Shown here: positions 1 through 20,175 of the stretch, piece after piece | Numbering within the stretch: position 1 is the first letter of the stretch | Layout: each line of letters starts with the position of its first letter | Translations under genes and position numbers: made by a program | The notes under the pieces: model-generated | The model's input: the letters and a program-made list of their open reading frames with translations, nothing else | Databases searched by the model: none | Told to the model about the DNA's origin: nothing | From: Bigelowiella natans CCMP2755 | Taxonomy: Eukaryota > Protista > Cercozoa | DNA length: 64,000 bases | Direction: 5' to 3' | NCBI GenBank assembly: GCA_000320545.1 | Contig: ADNK01002286.1 | Location: forward strand, 1-64,000

Positions 1-8
1 GACTCCTC

Positions 9-61
<53 letters not shown>

Positions 62-87
62 GACACACACGCCTCATCGCATTCTAG

Positions 88-570
88 GACATCACGACTG
101 CCTCCTCATTTCCCGAAATCATTAGAGCATTCGTTATATGGAGACGTTTTTTTTTTTTCCAACTGCGAGCGAGCGGTGCGTGCAGATATAGATGGCGGGT
201 AGCGCAGCTTGTGCGCGCGCCCCATAAAATGTTACTCGAGAGAGATACTGCACGCACGCACCTCGATCAATCCAAAAAAGAAACATGCGAAGATGCACTC
301 CAAACAAATCCTGGCGTCGCTTCCTCTTCTTGTCGCTGGTTTTCCTTCGCAGGCTACTTCAGCATTGCCTCCTACGCGCCAGACTTCTTTAAGCTCTACA
401 GAGAGATCTACACCGGGGCCAACTTCAAGGTGGAGGTCAGCCTCGAGAATACCAGCAGCTCGGAATTGCCCAAGGAAAGATTCGAAAAGTTTCTGATGAT
501 TGTGGAGCAGAAGCCGTACGTCGTTGTGAAAGAACAAATACGCACACTAACACGTACACTAACACACGCA

Positions 571-612
<42 letters not shown>

Positions 613-1295
613 CACATACACAAGGTTTCAGCATCAATCGAAGTACGTGGTATGCATTTATCTTCTCATTTGGTGTTGACTTATTGATTCCTCATTATTC
701 TCATTAATCCTCTCCTCCTCCTCCTCCTCCTCCTCTTTTTACTACCACTATTCGCTGTTTCATTCACTCCACCTCCTAGATTGATCAGCACGTTAAAGGC
801 TGTGACTCTCGAGAAGAAAATAAGCGACATTGCCGTAGAAGTGGTCAAGAAATCCGCAAAGGTACAACAACGATGAAGAGGAAGAATGTGATGATATCAT
901 GTCGGCTTTCGCCACACCACACTCGTTTTTTCACTTCGCTTCAACATCGCACAGTTCCGCAAGGAGGCTATGAGCGTGCTTGACAAGGCGAACGAAGACG
1001 ACGACAAGGACGCAGTGCAAGTAGCCGATGAGACGGTGAAGGGGGTATGTTACGCGTGTTCGTTGCAGCTAGATTGTAAACAATTAAGGATTATACGATT
1101 CACCAGCAGCACGATGCCATCGAATGAGGGGCGTGTTGGGAGGGTTATAGTGTCAGAATGGGGGGTGAAATACAGAGCGTTTGTCGTTCGTTGCTATTCT
1201 TATTTTAACCCTCTCCTCCCCCCCCCCCCCTCGACCCTTGACTGCCCATGCAGATCGATCTCATCATCGAGTTCTTCAAGATGCTGCAGAAGTAA
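88..1295 (+). CDS. 3' exons of an unidentified multi-exon gene (5' end outside the window)
   Basis: GT-AG exons at ~352-517 (GYFSIASYAPDFFKLYREIY...), ~780-861, ~955-1044 and 1254-1295 (IDLIIEFFKMLQK*, TAA 1293-1295) splice in frame. No family recognised. Confidence 0.7.
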
Positions 1296-2302
1296 GAAAA
1301 ACGTCAAATGCGGGAGAACGACAGCTGCTGTTGGCGGTTTTATGATGCTTAGTGCATACATCCGTGATTCATCGCGCAACCCGCCGATCTAGAAGCTATA
1401 TTATTCGTCTAGTCGTATATTTGAGTCCGCCTGCAAAACATTATCAGATTGTGACATTATACTACATAATCAATACACACCGTGTAAATTTTTATTCGGT
1501 GCAGTGTGCTGCTATGTAGGCGCCAAATGCGCATGGTAAGCTTCCATCGCACAGCAAGTTGCACAGATCACGCGCTGTGTGTGCACTCTGCACAACACTA
1601 TATATAGAATGTGCTACCATGACAATGCTAGAATGGCAGCGTAGTTAGTACATGCACACAACATGACGCAATGCTGCCGTCTACTAACATGTGCACAAAA
1701 GCATCTAGTTTGCTAGTTTAGTGGTGGCGGTTGCTGTGCAATTCTTATTTGTCGCGCGCACATGCATAGGCGCAAGCTTTAGCCGTAGATGGATGCCATG
1801 CCAGCATGTTATAACGGAAGCTGCGCACGTTTTGTTAGCGTAGCTATGTGTGGCTAGCTAGCTAGATGGACCTCTTCATTGACATGACAAAACAGCCAAC
1901 AAAATGGCTTTGCTAAACATCATCACTAGATCAACAAGCGCACCATCATGCATGCTAGCATGTTGGCATGCTAGCATGCATCGCATGTGAGACGGATGAT
2001 GCAATGAAATGTTCAATTTTTTTCAATGGTCATCCCAATCTAGCAATGTGGCCATGCAGTGCAGCGGCTACACCGCTTGGATTGTGTCTGTTTGTTTCCC
2101 TGGTCACGTGTTGCATGCATGAAAATGCATTGCGATTTTGTCTAGCGAGCATGTCGTGCATTGCGAGCAGCTGCACGAGTTGTTTTTTCTGTGCTTGAGA
2201 GGCGCGCGGTTTCGTCGTTGCGATCCATGAAGGCCGTCAGTTGTTTGTTGAGTCGTGTTAGCATGCAGTGATCACAGTGACTGCCATGTGTTGGAACTTC
2301 AC

Positions 2303-8843
<6,541 letters not shown>

Positions 8844-9124
8844 TAGCTCTGCCCTCCCCCCCTCCCAACACCCGCGAGCGGCGGTGAGATCCAGGAGTCG
8901 GTTTCGGGCCGGTAACGTCTCCAGAAATAGATAAAACAAAAATTAGAGCCTATGATATCTAAAATGGTGAGAATCGTTTTCGATAATCGGTAATAAATCT
9001 AGACTGTTTTAGCTAGAATATATTGATAAATTATTATCGGAAGAATATTCAAATATATTTGTCTGAATTTTGCTCTTTGGGCGACGTCTCTTAGCCACTC
9101 CTTGCCTCACACCCCATCGTCGCC
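8844..9124. promoter_or_regulatory. Short AT-rich bidirectional promoter region (WDR27 / ENH1-like)
   Basis: About 280 bp between divergent start codons, AT-rich, no microsatellites. Function is inferred from position only. Confidence 0.55.
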
Positions 9125-10722
9125 ATGCTTTGCTCTGCTACTGTACTTTTAGCTCTTTTCAGCCAATGCGCCCTGGCCTCAACGGTACCCATTCGCTTCG
9201 TATCTTTTATTCTTACATCTACAATTGTTTCTATGGTTCAAAAAACTATTTTGAAACACTTTTGGGAGGGTGTTCGGAGGGGGGGGGGGGTCACTCGTCG
9301 CCATTGTATTCTGATGGTGGTGGCGAATAATGCGAAACGATTAGGCGTCCAGATCTCGCATCTCTCCGGTGATGAAGCCGCTTGCTTCTCGATGCTCGGG
9401 AATGTCCCGCGCCTCATCGTCCCCCTCCGAGCGCAGGTTTGCTGGATTCTCACGCCCAAACCTCGCTGTTAAGGCTAGGGGGGAACGTACCTTTACCGTA
9501 GACAAGCCTCTCGGTTTGAGTCTTTCTCAATCAGCAAATGGCCTTACCGTAAAGGTACCGTGAAGAATGTATTACGTAGTGATTATATCATAAACCCGCC
9601 CTCCCCGGCTGTTTAAGGAGAGCAGCCATTGAGAATCGAATGCATCGTACAGTGCTCATAGGATCTGATGATCGAAAGATGCATGATCTGAGTTAGGAAA
9701 TGCTGCATGTAAAAGTAACGGGCTGCTACTGCTATTGCTGCCACAAAACGACAAATCAACAAACCAAGAACATGCCATGTGATCATCACAGAATGCCGGG
9801 GGGAACGCTGCGAAAGCAGGAATCAAGAATGGCGACACCATTATCTACACCTCAAGTTTCTTTGGAGATGAGCTCTGGCCCTCTGGTAGATGACAATTGA
9901 GATTTAAGCGCACACGAAAGCAGCTGTTGAGCTGATGATATTGGATGATGTCCTGTTATGCAGACAAACTCTCGTTCACCAACAGCGCTTTGAAGGCTGC
10001 TCCTTCTCCAGTCACAATCATCGTATCTGACGGTAACTGCTGCCGAGAAGAGGACGGGGGGGGGGGGGGGGGGGAGGAAGAAGAAGAAGAAGAGGAGGAG
10101 GAGGAGGAATCTATAATTATAACAATCCACATACTAATCCAAAGTTTTGCCACGTTGATTCGCCGTTCATGGCTGCAGCAGAAAGCGCCTTACCATAACA
10201 ATGCGCTACGAATCTAACACGCACGTGTGTCTTCCTTCAGAACCTGTGGACATTAAGCGACTCGTCGCCCGCCCCGCTCCCAAGCGCTTCGGTGGAAGAA
10301 GCAAGCTCTCGCAAAAGCAGAAGGAACTCGCAACCCACCTCTGCCTTGATTGCGGATGGATCTACGCCGAGGAGACACCTTTCGCACAGGCCGCTAACGA
10401 TTTTGTCTGCCCTCAGTGCAATGCCGGGAAAAAGCGCTTTGGAAGCTTTGATGTGAATACTGGAAAGGTGGGAGTGATGGGCGGGTCTTAAGGGGAAGGG
10501 GGGGGGGCTGGTGCCGATTATGCCATAGGCCGTCGTTATTTGAGGCTATGATCGATGTTGATTTATTCTAATTTCCATCCTCGCTCGCTTCTCGATTTTC
10601 CTCTCCCCTCCCCTTAGATTACTGAGCCGATCAGTGCCTTCCAAATCATCAACGTGGTCATTGTTGTTCTCGGCCTTGGAGTTGTCGGAGCTCTCGGTTA
10701 CGCAGGGCTCCTTCTCAGCTAA
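9125..10722 (+). CDS. ENH1: Plastid-targeted PDZ + rubredoxin protein with C-terminal TM helix (ENH1-like)
   Basis: Signal peptide MLCSATVLLALFSQCALAST, then an S/R-rich transit peptide. PDZ motifs VDKPLGL, GGNAAKAGIK and IYTSSFFGDELWP. Rubredoxin HLCLDCGWIY...FVCPQCNAGKKRF. TM exon IINVVIVVLGLGVVGALGYAGLLLS* (TAA 10720-10722). Confidence 0.9.
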
Positions 10723-11542
10723 GCAGCCCTTCCTACGACAAGATAGAGGCATCGCTCAAACCCTCAGTAACTGACTCACGCATGCAATAATAGCATGTCA
10801 GCGATGAATCAATACGGATAGGCGCGTATACGACGTTGCCAGCAATTACTATCGTTACGCATTAATAATTTATATACAGCAGAAACTTGGGTCTGTATTC
10901 GCTAGTAGTTCATGATGCACGACTGCTACGCTACGCATGATGCTTACTCGTATCGCTATATATGCATGGATAAGAATATGGCTATTCGAGCTATTCATGT
11001 ATGGCGGCGTATGCGTACATGAAGCTTTTTGTGCATACGACTTCACTTTGTACAACGTTCCATGTGATGTCCGCTAGAGTATATAGCCTATCCCTGTAGC
11101 GGCCACACGGCGCGCGTATACAGAAATACGCCTTTGAGCTATTGTGTAAGGTAGCATGTACGGTCTACACTGCTGCTAGCTTAGTACCAAGTGTATGCGA
11201 TATAATTTATGATTTGCAAAGCCAGAAGATATACATGATAATGCAGCTCGCCGCGCATCTCGCGATGTCACGTATTGCGAACGTCGCGCTGCACATGCAG
11301 TGCATATACATCTCATGATTGAGCAAGGTGTTAACGAGGAAAATACTTGCTAAGCTACCAACGTTTCGAAGCCGAATAAATATTTCTTCTTTAGTCTATG
11401 TAGCATGCATGTTCTGTGTGTGTGATAATGACCCCACTGCGCGGGGCTCCTTCATGGTACGGTGGTATCTCGTGAAGGCGGTTCTGAATTCGTCGTTCAT
11501 TATTGGCCAAACAGCTTTCTAGATCGCATCTTTCGGCGCACA

Positions 11543-11690
11543 TCATTGAAGATGCTTACGCACTCCTCCCTCCCCCTCCCTTCCGTAACTAGGTTTGCCG
11601 CACCAAGGGAAAATTAACGGTATACTCCAGAAAATCACCTGATGTACGTTTGCGTTCGTATCATCAGATATAACGGACCCGTGGCATCGG

Positions 11691-11725
<35 letters not shown>

Positions 11726-12270
11726 TTATTTAGTTATATGTATATGATATAATTTAGTAAACTGACGCTTTTACCGTGAATATGAGCCAGGAAAGGCACA
11801 AGACGAGTGTCAGTCTTAGCCTAAAAACCGTGTATGGGGGTTTGTTTCGATATGGCTCGTAAAATAAAAATATAACGAGCAGAAACAAACTACCCGAAAG
11901 TTACTATTTCGAGGATTATCAAGGTAGCACTGCTGCTATGTTGGTATGTAATCGTTTGTGTAGACTCTCCTCGCATTGCGTTATTTCAATCGGTTTAGCC
12001 GCTCGACTCTTACCCATCTCCATCCTCAATGCAAAGTGGATTCAGCACCTAGATGTACCGCAATAGTGCATGGTGTCAGGCCTCGTAGGTGGCGGAGAGA
12101 GTGGTGTTACATGCTGCATCTTGCATCATTTATCTGGCCACACGAACCCCCCTTTAAGAAGATGCTCACCCATCGATATGTACTACATGCTGGCAATTCA
12201 TGAACGGAAACATTGAGAATAATAGCGACAAGGATGCCTTATAGACGCACATACACACATATTTATGTGC

Positions 12271-12327
<57 letters not shown>

Positions 12328-12457
12328 CGTGCGTGTGTGTGTGTGTGTGTGTGTGTAATTCACCTCTTGACCGTCTATACGCTTTGTGTTACAGTTCGGA
12401 GCCAAGTAATCCTTCAACGCCCCCACAGCTATTGGGGAAGGCACATCGCCTGGAATA

Positions 12458-12501
<44 letters not shown>

Positions 12502-12598
12502 GATTTTGTATTTATATCATATGATTTACATAATTCATCAGCCAATCGAATAGGTTTCTGACACTAATTCCTGGTCTTCTTCAAGATGAAATCGGCTA

Positions 12599-12634
<36 letters not shown>

Positions 12635-12786
12635 TTTTTATCGTACCGAGAACATGCATTATCAGAATGTTAAGAGCGACAGCGGAGGCTCGCATCTTTG
12701 AGGGAACGCTCTCCATAACAGCCATCGTGCAGCAGCCTGATGTATATAAGATTAATGAATCAATATATAAATACACACACACACAT

Positions 12787-12842
<56 letters not shown>

Positions 12843-13074
12843 CTTTTATGTATTTATCCGTAAAGAACGTTTATGCACCGTATTGATTAATGTATATGGC
12901 GAGAGCATGTGGTATCTTAGGCAAACCTCTCTCTCTTCTCACTTACGATGATAGCTATGGCATTGAAACAACAGGCAATTACCGGTGGGTAGAAAGAGGA
13001 ACATAATAGCCGTCCCCATGCAAAACAAGAACCTGTAGGATGTTTCGTGGTCTTTTTCATGTCAGCTATTCTCA

Positions 13075-13123
<49 letters not shown>

Positions 13124-13393
13124 GCACGCATATATTTCAAATGAATACTGTTATATCTGATGGAATTGCAAATCTAGACTATGATGGGAGAGGAGGCATC
13201 ATTCATCTTCTTACGAGTTCCTGGTCGTGCAGTAGGCAGACGCTACCGAGAAGATAATACCTTTTGATAATGCAATGTAGCCGGTCAGTCATATCACACG
13301 TTACTACACGCGTTTACTAGAAGGACGATCACTTCTTTCTTTCTTTCTTTTTCCTGGAAATTCGTCGATCGAAGCAACAACGCCAACACATGG

Positions 13394-13442
<49 letters not shown>

Positions 13443-14735
13443 TATCCTTCTCACTCTTTACTCGTCCAACCCCCCCCCCCCCCCCCCCTCGCCACTCCGC
13501 GACACACCGAATACACTTGAGAAGGACATGATGCGAAGGCATGTCGTAAGCACCTAACGATACCCACGTAAATCCATGGTGACGATGATGGCGGTGATGA
13601 CGCCGATAACGGCAATCACGACAACGAGGAGGATAATAATGATGCGAAAAGTGGATGAAAAACGACCTGCTCCCTCGAGGCTTTCCCCCCCGCAAGTCTA
13701 TCGGATATATACCCACCAACCGGCGTCCCCACGATTCCTACAACAACAACTCGCGTGAACAAACGGAGGGTGAGGAGGAGATTGATCTCCACACGAGCGC
13801 ATTTGCTTGTTTCCCCGTACGAGCACTACTGGCTGGGGTTGGTGTGTTGGAAGTCGCGTGCGTTGCGGGTGTGGGGGGCATGGTTTCGCTGCCGCGTGTT
13901 GGGAGGTGTGCGTACCTGCTATTGCGACGATTGCGGAGAAGTGCAGGCTGGCAGATTTCTCATCCGGAAAGAATTGTAGACCCTGCATCACATCAGATAG
14001 TTATTCTTGGAGAATTAGCTTTCTCTCTCACTCCCCCCCCCTCCTCCCCCCACACAAGAAACAACAGCAGTGGCGACCTGGAAGAAGATGGGCCCAAACG
14101 TTGAAATGCCCGCAAGCACAGCGCAGTAGGCTGCATATCTAATTATGAAAAATATTAGTGTGTTTACGCACACACACACAAACACACACACACACACACA
14201 TACACACACATACACACGAGGACAAGCGTGCAAGCGTACGCAGCCATTGCCATTAGCCTACTCACCCGAGAGAGATATTGATGAAAACAGGGATTGATAG
14301 AATCGATTTCACTTCCTTGTATAGCGAGGGGCCTGTCGTATTCAGTCGCATTGCGGAGGCAAAGCTATCAGTCGTGGCCGTTTACATCGATCCCACCCCA
14401 CGCTGTTTGTTTTGGAAGCAGCGGCGCTTCTATGCATAAGGGGGGAGGAGAAGACGGACCTTGCCGCTCCGTGTGTTCAGTATTATCTGACGAAGGGATA
14501 CCGGCCTCTATCGAGATGTCGGGGGTCTCTTCCTCCGCCCCTTTCAGCTGGTACGGTAACATCCTTTTGCAAATAAAGTCGTGTTTATTATTGCCCCCCC
14601 CCCCTCTTTATCTGCTGTCTTTCTTAGTGTGGTAGTGGTGATGATGATCATAATGGCATATCTCGTGGAGTGTAACTATCATCGTCGTCAAGTTGTCATA
14701 GTCCCTCTCCCCCTCCCCACCCATGTTGTGTTTGC

Positions 14736-14766
<31 letters not shown>

Positions 14767-15190
14767 TGTATGTTCATTAATTAACTACGATTGAATACTA
14801 CTAGTCTCCTCATCCTCATCCTTCCCCCTCCTACTACTATTTCTATTAGTACAAACAGCTACTACCAGCAAATGATGACAAAAGGTACCTACAGCATCGA
14901 TGGGTGATGACCACAACAACAACAACAACAATGCAAAGGAAGAGGATTGCGGTGAGAAGGAGTCAAATATGGATAACGATTCAACTGGGATTTGTATTGA
15001 TTTTATAGGGAAAAAAAAAACAAAGGGTATAATAGCGTGCAATATGAAGTACTTCCATGCACACACACGCAAACACACACACACACACTTGAATACGCAA
15101 AGTTAAAGACTTGACAGCCTACCATCAGCATTCCCTCCAAATAGAAGGCCCACCCCCATCCGAGGCTCGACGTTGAAACCACTAAATAGT

Positions 15191-15226
<36 letters not shown>

Positions 15227-15513
15227 ACATAGAAAATGAGAGAGAGAGAGAGAGAGAGAGCACAAGCGTCTCTAACCTTCAATTTACATCATCGAGTACT
15301 TCTTGTTGCTCCCAAGAAAAACACAGATCATCGACAATCGATGAAGTACGACAACATCCTTTCTCTTCAGCATCATCACCATCATCATCATCTTCTTCTT
15401 CATCATCGTCATCATCATCTCCTTGATCTAAAGACTCACTGGCGCTGTAGGCGTATCCTCCCGCAATCCCAACAGTGATTGAAGAGAAGAAGATTCCTAG
15501 AAGAATGCACCAT

Positions 15514-15550
<37 letters not shown>

Positions 15551-15922
15551 CTGATTTTTAGAGAGTCAAACGGGAGAGGTGGTAAATAACCCCAGCAGCA
15601 GCCATTCCATTAGCGCTGATTCGTGTTATGATTACCAAGATACAAAACTTGTCTGCCGTTGGGGGCATAGTCCTGAATGAATGCAGGGGCTATACACTGA
15701 AAGCTCGCTTCTCCAACCTTAACACACACACACGCGCGCGCGCATATACACGCTGAGCGTCATATTTCGTGGACAATGAATATGTAAATACATGTGCAGT
15801 GTATGTCATCCCCCCCCCCCCCACACTCTGAAGAGTTACCCCGCTCAAAGCCCTTCCAAGGACAAGGACGTTGAAGGAACTGAGCGGTCTTGCAAATCCG
15901 CTGATGAACACTGCAACGCACC

Positions 15923-15953
<31 letters not shown>

Positions 15954-16697
15954 AGTGCCAGAGGGCATTAGATAAACCACCACCCTCTTCTATACATGCA
16001 ACGTGTGTGCAATAGTATTAATTAATTATGGGTTGTCTCGTCGGTGCTATCATCTCCCCATCCACCCCCCCTCCTTTTCCCCTCAACCTACCAAATAGCA
16101 AGGCCGCCTCCCATAACCTTGAACGGTGGGTATATGTGGACGAAGTTGCCGGCGACAACAACAGCCACCTGGGGGATGATGACGAGTGAGCAATGGCTTC
16201 TTCTCAGACAAGGTAGCAGCGCATTTCGGATACAAGCATGTTGTTGTGGGAGATTAGTTGAGCATGAAGCATATATATGATCCTCGTACCGAAAAGCTTG
16301 CGATAAACACCGACTGTAGGAGCCCCAAATAGCTGAAAAACAACGCCGACACAGCATAACTGCTTGCGCTTTGATATATGTGCATGTGTGCCACGGATGC
16401 AGCATGTGAATGAGGAGGTGCTATTGTGTTGTGATAGTTACGTCGACTCTGATGATTCGGGAACGCTCGTGGTTGCGTGAATAAACGACTGGAACTGGTT
16501 CGGCGCTGTTGAATATATGAGCGGGGTTAGCATGCGTATATTCGTATATGTGTGTAGAAACAGGAGAGTGTGAGTTTGAATCAATATCCATTCAAGTTTG
16601 CACGAGTCACCTCCTGGAATGATGCCTCTATCGACGTAGTTGAGGAGATTGACGACCTGTACACCACAATCGCAGCATTTGCGTTAGCCACGTATAC

Positions 16698-16732
<35 letters not shown>

Positions 16733-16985
16733 ACATAAACATAAGTTTCTTATTCTTTAGAAAAACGATTAACAAAAATGTCACTCATTGAAGTGCATAT
16801 TTGATCCCCACTCCCAACACATGGAAGAACAACGGAGCACGAGCTGCTCTCTGATTGCCGTCATCATCCCGCCGTTCCCAACTACGCACCACGAACATCC
16901 ATATAACGCGAGACGGGGTGAAAATTTTCGTTATCATTCGACTGGAGGAGGAGAAAGAGGAGGAGAAGGGCGCTTTGCCTGACAC
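11543..16985 (-). CDS. Major facilitator superfamily transporter, Spinster (SPNS)-like (multi-exon; start uncertain)
   Basis: Exons YPPFKVMGGGLAIW, FNVLVLGRALSG, LGIFFSSITVGIAGGYAYS, LGWGWAFYLEG, GIVGTPVGGYISDRL, VMESVPSKMRASAVALNILIMHVLG, DVPSPIAVGALKD, GLRLTLVLCLSWLIFT. Probable stop at 11543. Confidence 0.85.
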
Positions 16986-18062
16986 CTGCGAGGAGATCTT
17001 TTATGATATCGGAACATGCAGAATCTGTCTTGAAACCATAACCATACATTGCAAGCATTTCGCATCCTTGTAGCTTTCCAGGACAACCATATCTTTACGA
17101 CGAAAGCTAAGAATGAAATACCTTGTCTTTACCCTCCCCCACACTGTTCTCCAGTGCTTGGTACTCGGCCCTGGTGAGTACGTGCACACATTAGACATGT
17201 TGGCTTTCGAATGCGTGCCAAACCAGCAAAGTTTGCACAGCACAGTCCGCAATATCAAAAGCCAAATGCATTATCGCCGGTTAGAATATGCCAGATTGCC
17301 TCCTTCTCCCTTTATTCTATGATCTGGGAACATCCCACGTCACCCCCCCGACCGACCTGGTTAACGCCATCCTTGCTGACGACGCGTGATTACTGATGTG
17401 AAGAAAATCGAACTGATTTCAAGGAGAACGACAACGAAATTTTGAGAAATAACTGGAAAATTAGTAAAGATCATCTGAGGAAGATTTCTACAGTATTCGA
17501 TCTTCCGTTCATGTCGCATGGCTATTACTCCCCCGGTTTGTTCATGTACAATTTTAGGGATGCAGCTGTCGACAATTTTAGTTGTCGCATGATCAAAAAG
17601 CCCAGCACCTTTTCGGTATATTTGTTTTCTCGTGGTTTCTCTCGTAGTTTCCATACCGATTTCAGGAGCGACAACATGACTCCCAACTTTTCGACAGAAA
17701 TACATCCCATTTTAGTTACCGGCTGAAGCGGTACTGGCAACGTGTGGTCTCTGGCAGCTCTTCTGACTGATCATGTTCCGATCCTTCAATTAGATCATAA
17801 ATTATGCAGTGTATTACCTAAATAATTTAACTTTCTTGAAGTCTGAAGACAGTCGGATCTAAAAGGATTATTGAGGTATCCTTTTCCATTTATTAGATGT
17901 TTTTGGCATATAACTTGATCTAACCTGACTTCTCAATCGCCTTGACCAGAGACCCCTACCAGAAGCTCAAACTCGGCTTCCACCCCTTTCTTCCAATGGA
18001 TGGCCACCACGAATATTCTTCCACTGTCAGTTCTTTTTTGTTCCCTCTTCGATATCCTATGC

Positions 18063-19094
18063 ATGAGTGTTGTGCGAGTGCAACAATCGCCCATAGATTC
18101 TGCAACAAGTGATGAAATTGTGCTTTTGAAGGTTCGAAGAGGACGTGCTCGTCGTCAACGTAGCACAGCTTGCTCGTCGCTCGCGACGAGGGCGTTGCTT
18201 ATCGGTCTAGGCCTCTTCGCTCTCCTATCCTTTCGTCACCATCTGCACCACTCAGGTTAGAACCATCCACTTTAACTTCGAGAGCGGGCTCGAGGAAGCT
18301 TCACCGATGATGTGAAATAATGTTATTCACCTGGAATTTTCCAGGAAAGGTATTCTTCAAAGGTTCTTCTCTAGTCTCATCTCCTGCGCCATTGATCTCA
18401 AAATCAATGGCGAGAAAAGAACCAGGAGCTGGTAGATCAGCGCTACGGCTGCAACGAAGGGGCGTGAGATCGTTGTTCAGAGCAAATGCGAAGAAGCCTT
18501 TGCGGTGCAGATTTCAACGGAATTTACAGGTATACAGAGTCGACATGCAGCTAGTGTGACATTGGTAACGGAGACAAATCGATAATTTTGCCTACGATAT
18601 GCATTCAACTGCTATAAAATGCTTAATTGGACGACCGCGGCAGCGACAAGAGGCGCGATTGCATAGAAATAATGTAAAGGAAGGAAGAAAACTATCGACA
18701 TGAAAATTACGATTTAAACTTCAAAAGACTTAGGTTCCTAAATTTCCAGATTTTCATACTGACTCTTCCTGTTTTCCTCTGCCTGCCCTTTCGAATTGAC
18801 AAGGCAAAGGCTGTGGAGGCTCGAAACGACGTTTCGACTGCTCCGACCGATGCCCCCCCAATAGGAACGATGGAGGAGATGGTGCAGGTTGGTGACTAAG
18901 GAGTTGTATTAGCGCATGCAAAAGCAGAAAAGTACTCAAGTAGAACGTGTATTCGTGACTTCTTGCTTTGCATTGCTGTTTGACCCGATTTATACGTTTT
19001 GTGGTAGATTATGCCTGACTGGCTCAAAGGTGCGTGAATTGTTGTTATATAGTAGGGTGCTCTGTATAATAGAGCTGTGTGTAGTACTGCTAAG

Positions 19095-19133
<39 letters not shown>

Positions 19134-19276
19134 TGTTGGTGTGAAGGCTATTCTAACCGCGCCGCCTCAATAGCATCGTCATCGTGACTTCATGGAGATC
19201 CCTTTTACATGCGCAGGTTTTAGTACAATGAAGGAGGAATTTGACGAAATCATTAGCGGTGATGATCTGACCATAT

Positions 19277-19321
<45 letters not shown>

Positions 19322-20137
19322 ATATATAAATCCGTGCGAGACACTGTACATAAGTAGCAACAACACAAATCGAGTGATGCTTCTTTCTTCACACATTAAC
19401 AGGCGATTCGATTATCGGAAAAATACCCGACGATCTTAACGGTGTTCTGTACCGCAATGGGCCCGCAATCATGGGTTGATTGACTAGTGATAACAACGAA
19501 GAATGCATGCTTGAACCTGTGTGAATGTGCGTGCGTTTGAATGATATCTGGAAATGCATTGACATATCAGAAACGCAAAGCGGTAAGAAGCTAAATCAGG
19601 TTCTCGATCGTCCACCAGACTCGACTCACTCTAACATCGATATGCTCTCTTCGTCTTCGCATTGCGACGTTTTTCGCCTTTATTATGCCATACTACAGTG
19701 TGCTTTGTGTTTGCCTTGACGAGCTTGCTCTACGTGAGGGGGGGCATAGTTGGATTTCCGTAATTCGTGTTAGTTCTTGTTATATTGTGCGTAATCCGGT
19801 GTTTTTTTGCTGGCATCGGCAGCCTTTTGATGGGGACGGAATGGTTGCGAAATTCGATTTCTCGGAGGGAGAGAAGTAATTTACCTGCACTCACATGCAT
19901 GCTTTGGTTGGCTTTTGATCGCCCATCTCAAACGCGTCGGAGTGGCTTGAGCCGCTTCTTTTTTGCGTATGTATAACCCCTTTCCGTTGATGCAACAGCT
20001 CTATTCGTTTCTCGAATAAAATCATCCTCACCAAGCATCTTCAAGAGGTACTCTACTAAGTAGCGTGTTTACGATTATATACCTGCGCGTGTTGATGCAT
20101 AGTTTCTTCTGTATTTTTGAGATTCTCCTTGTGTATA

Positions 20138-20175
<38 letters not shown>

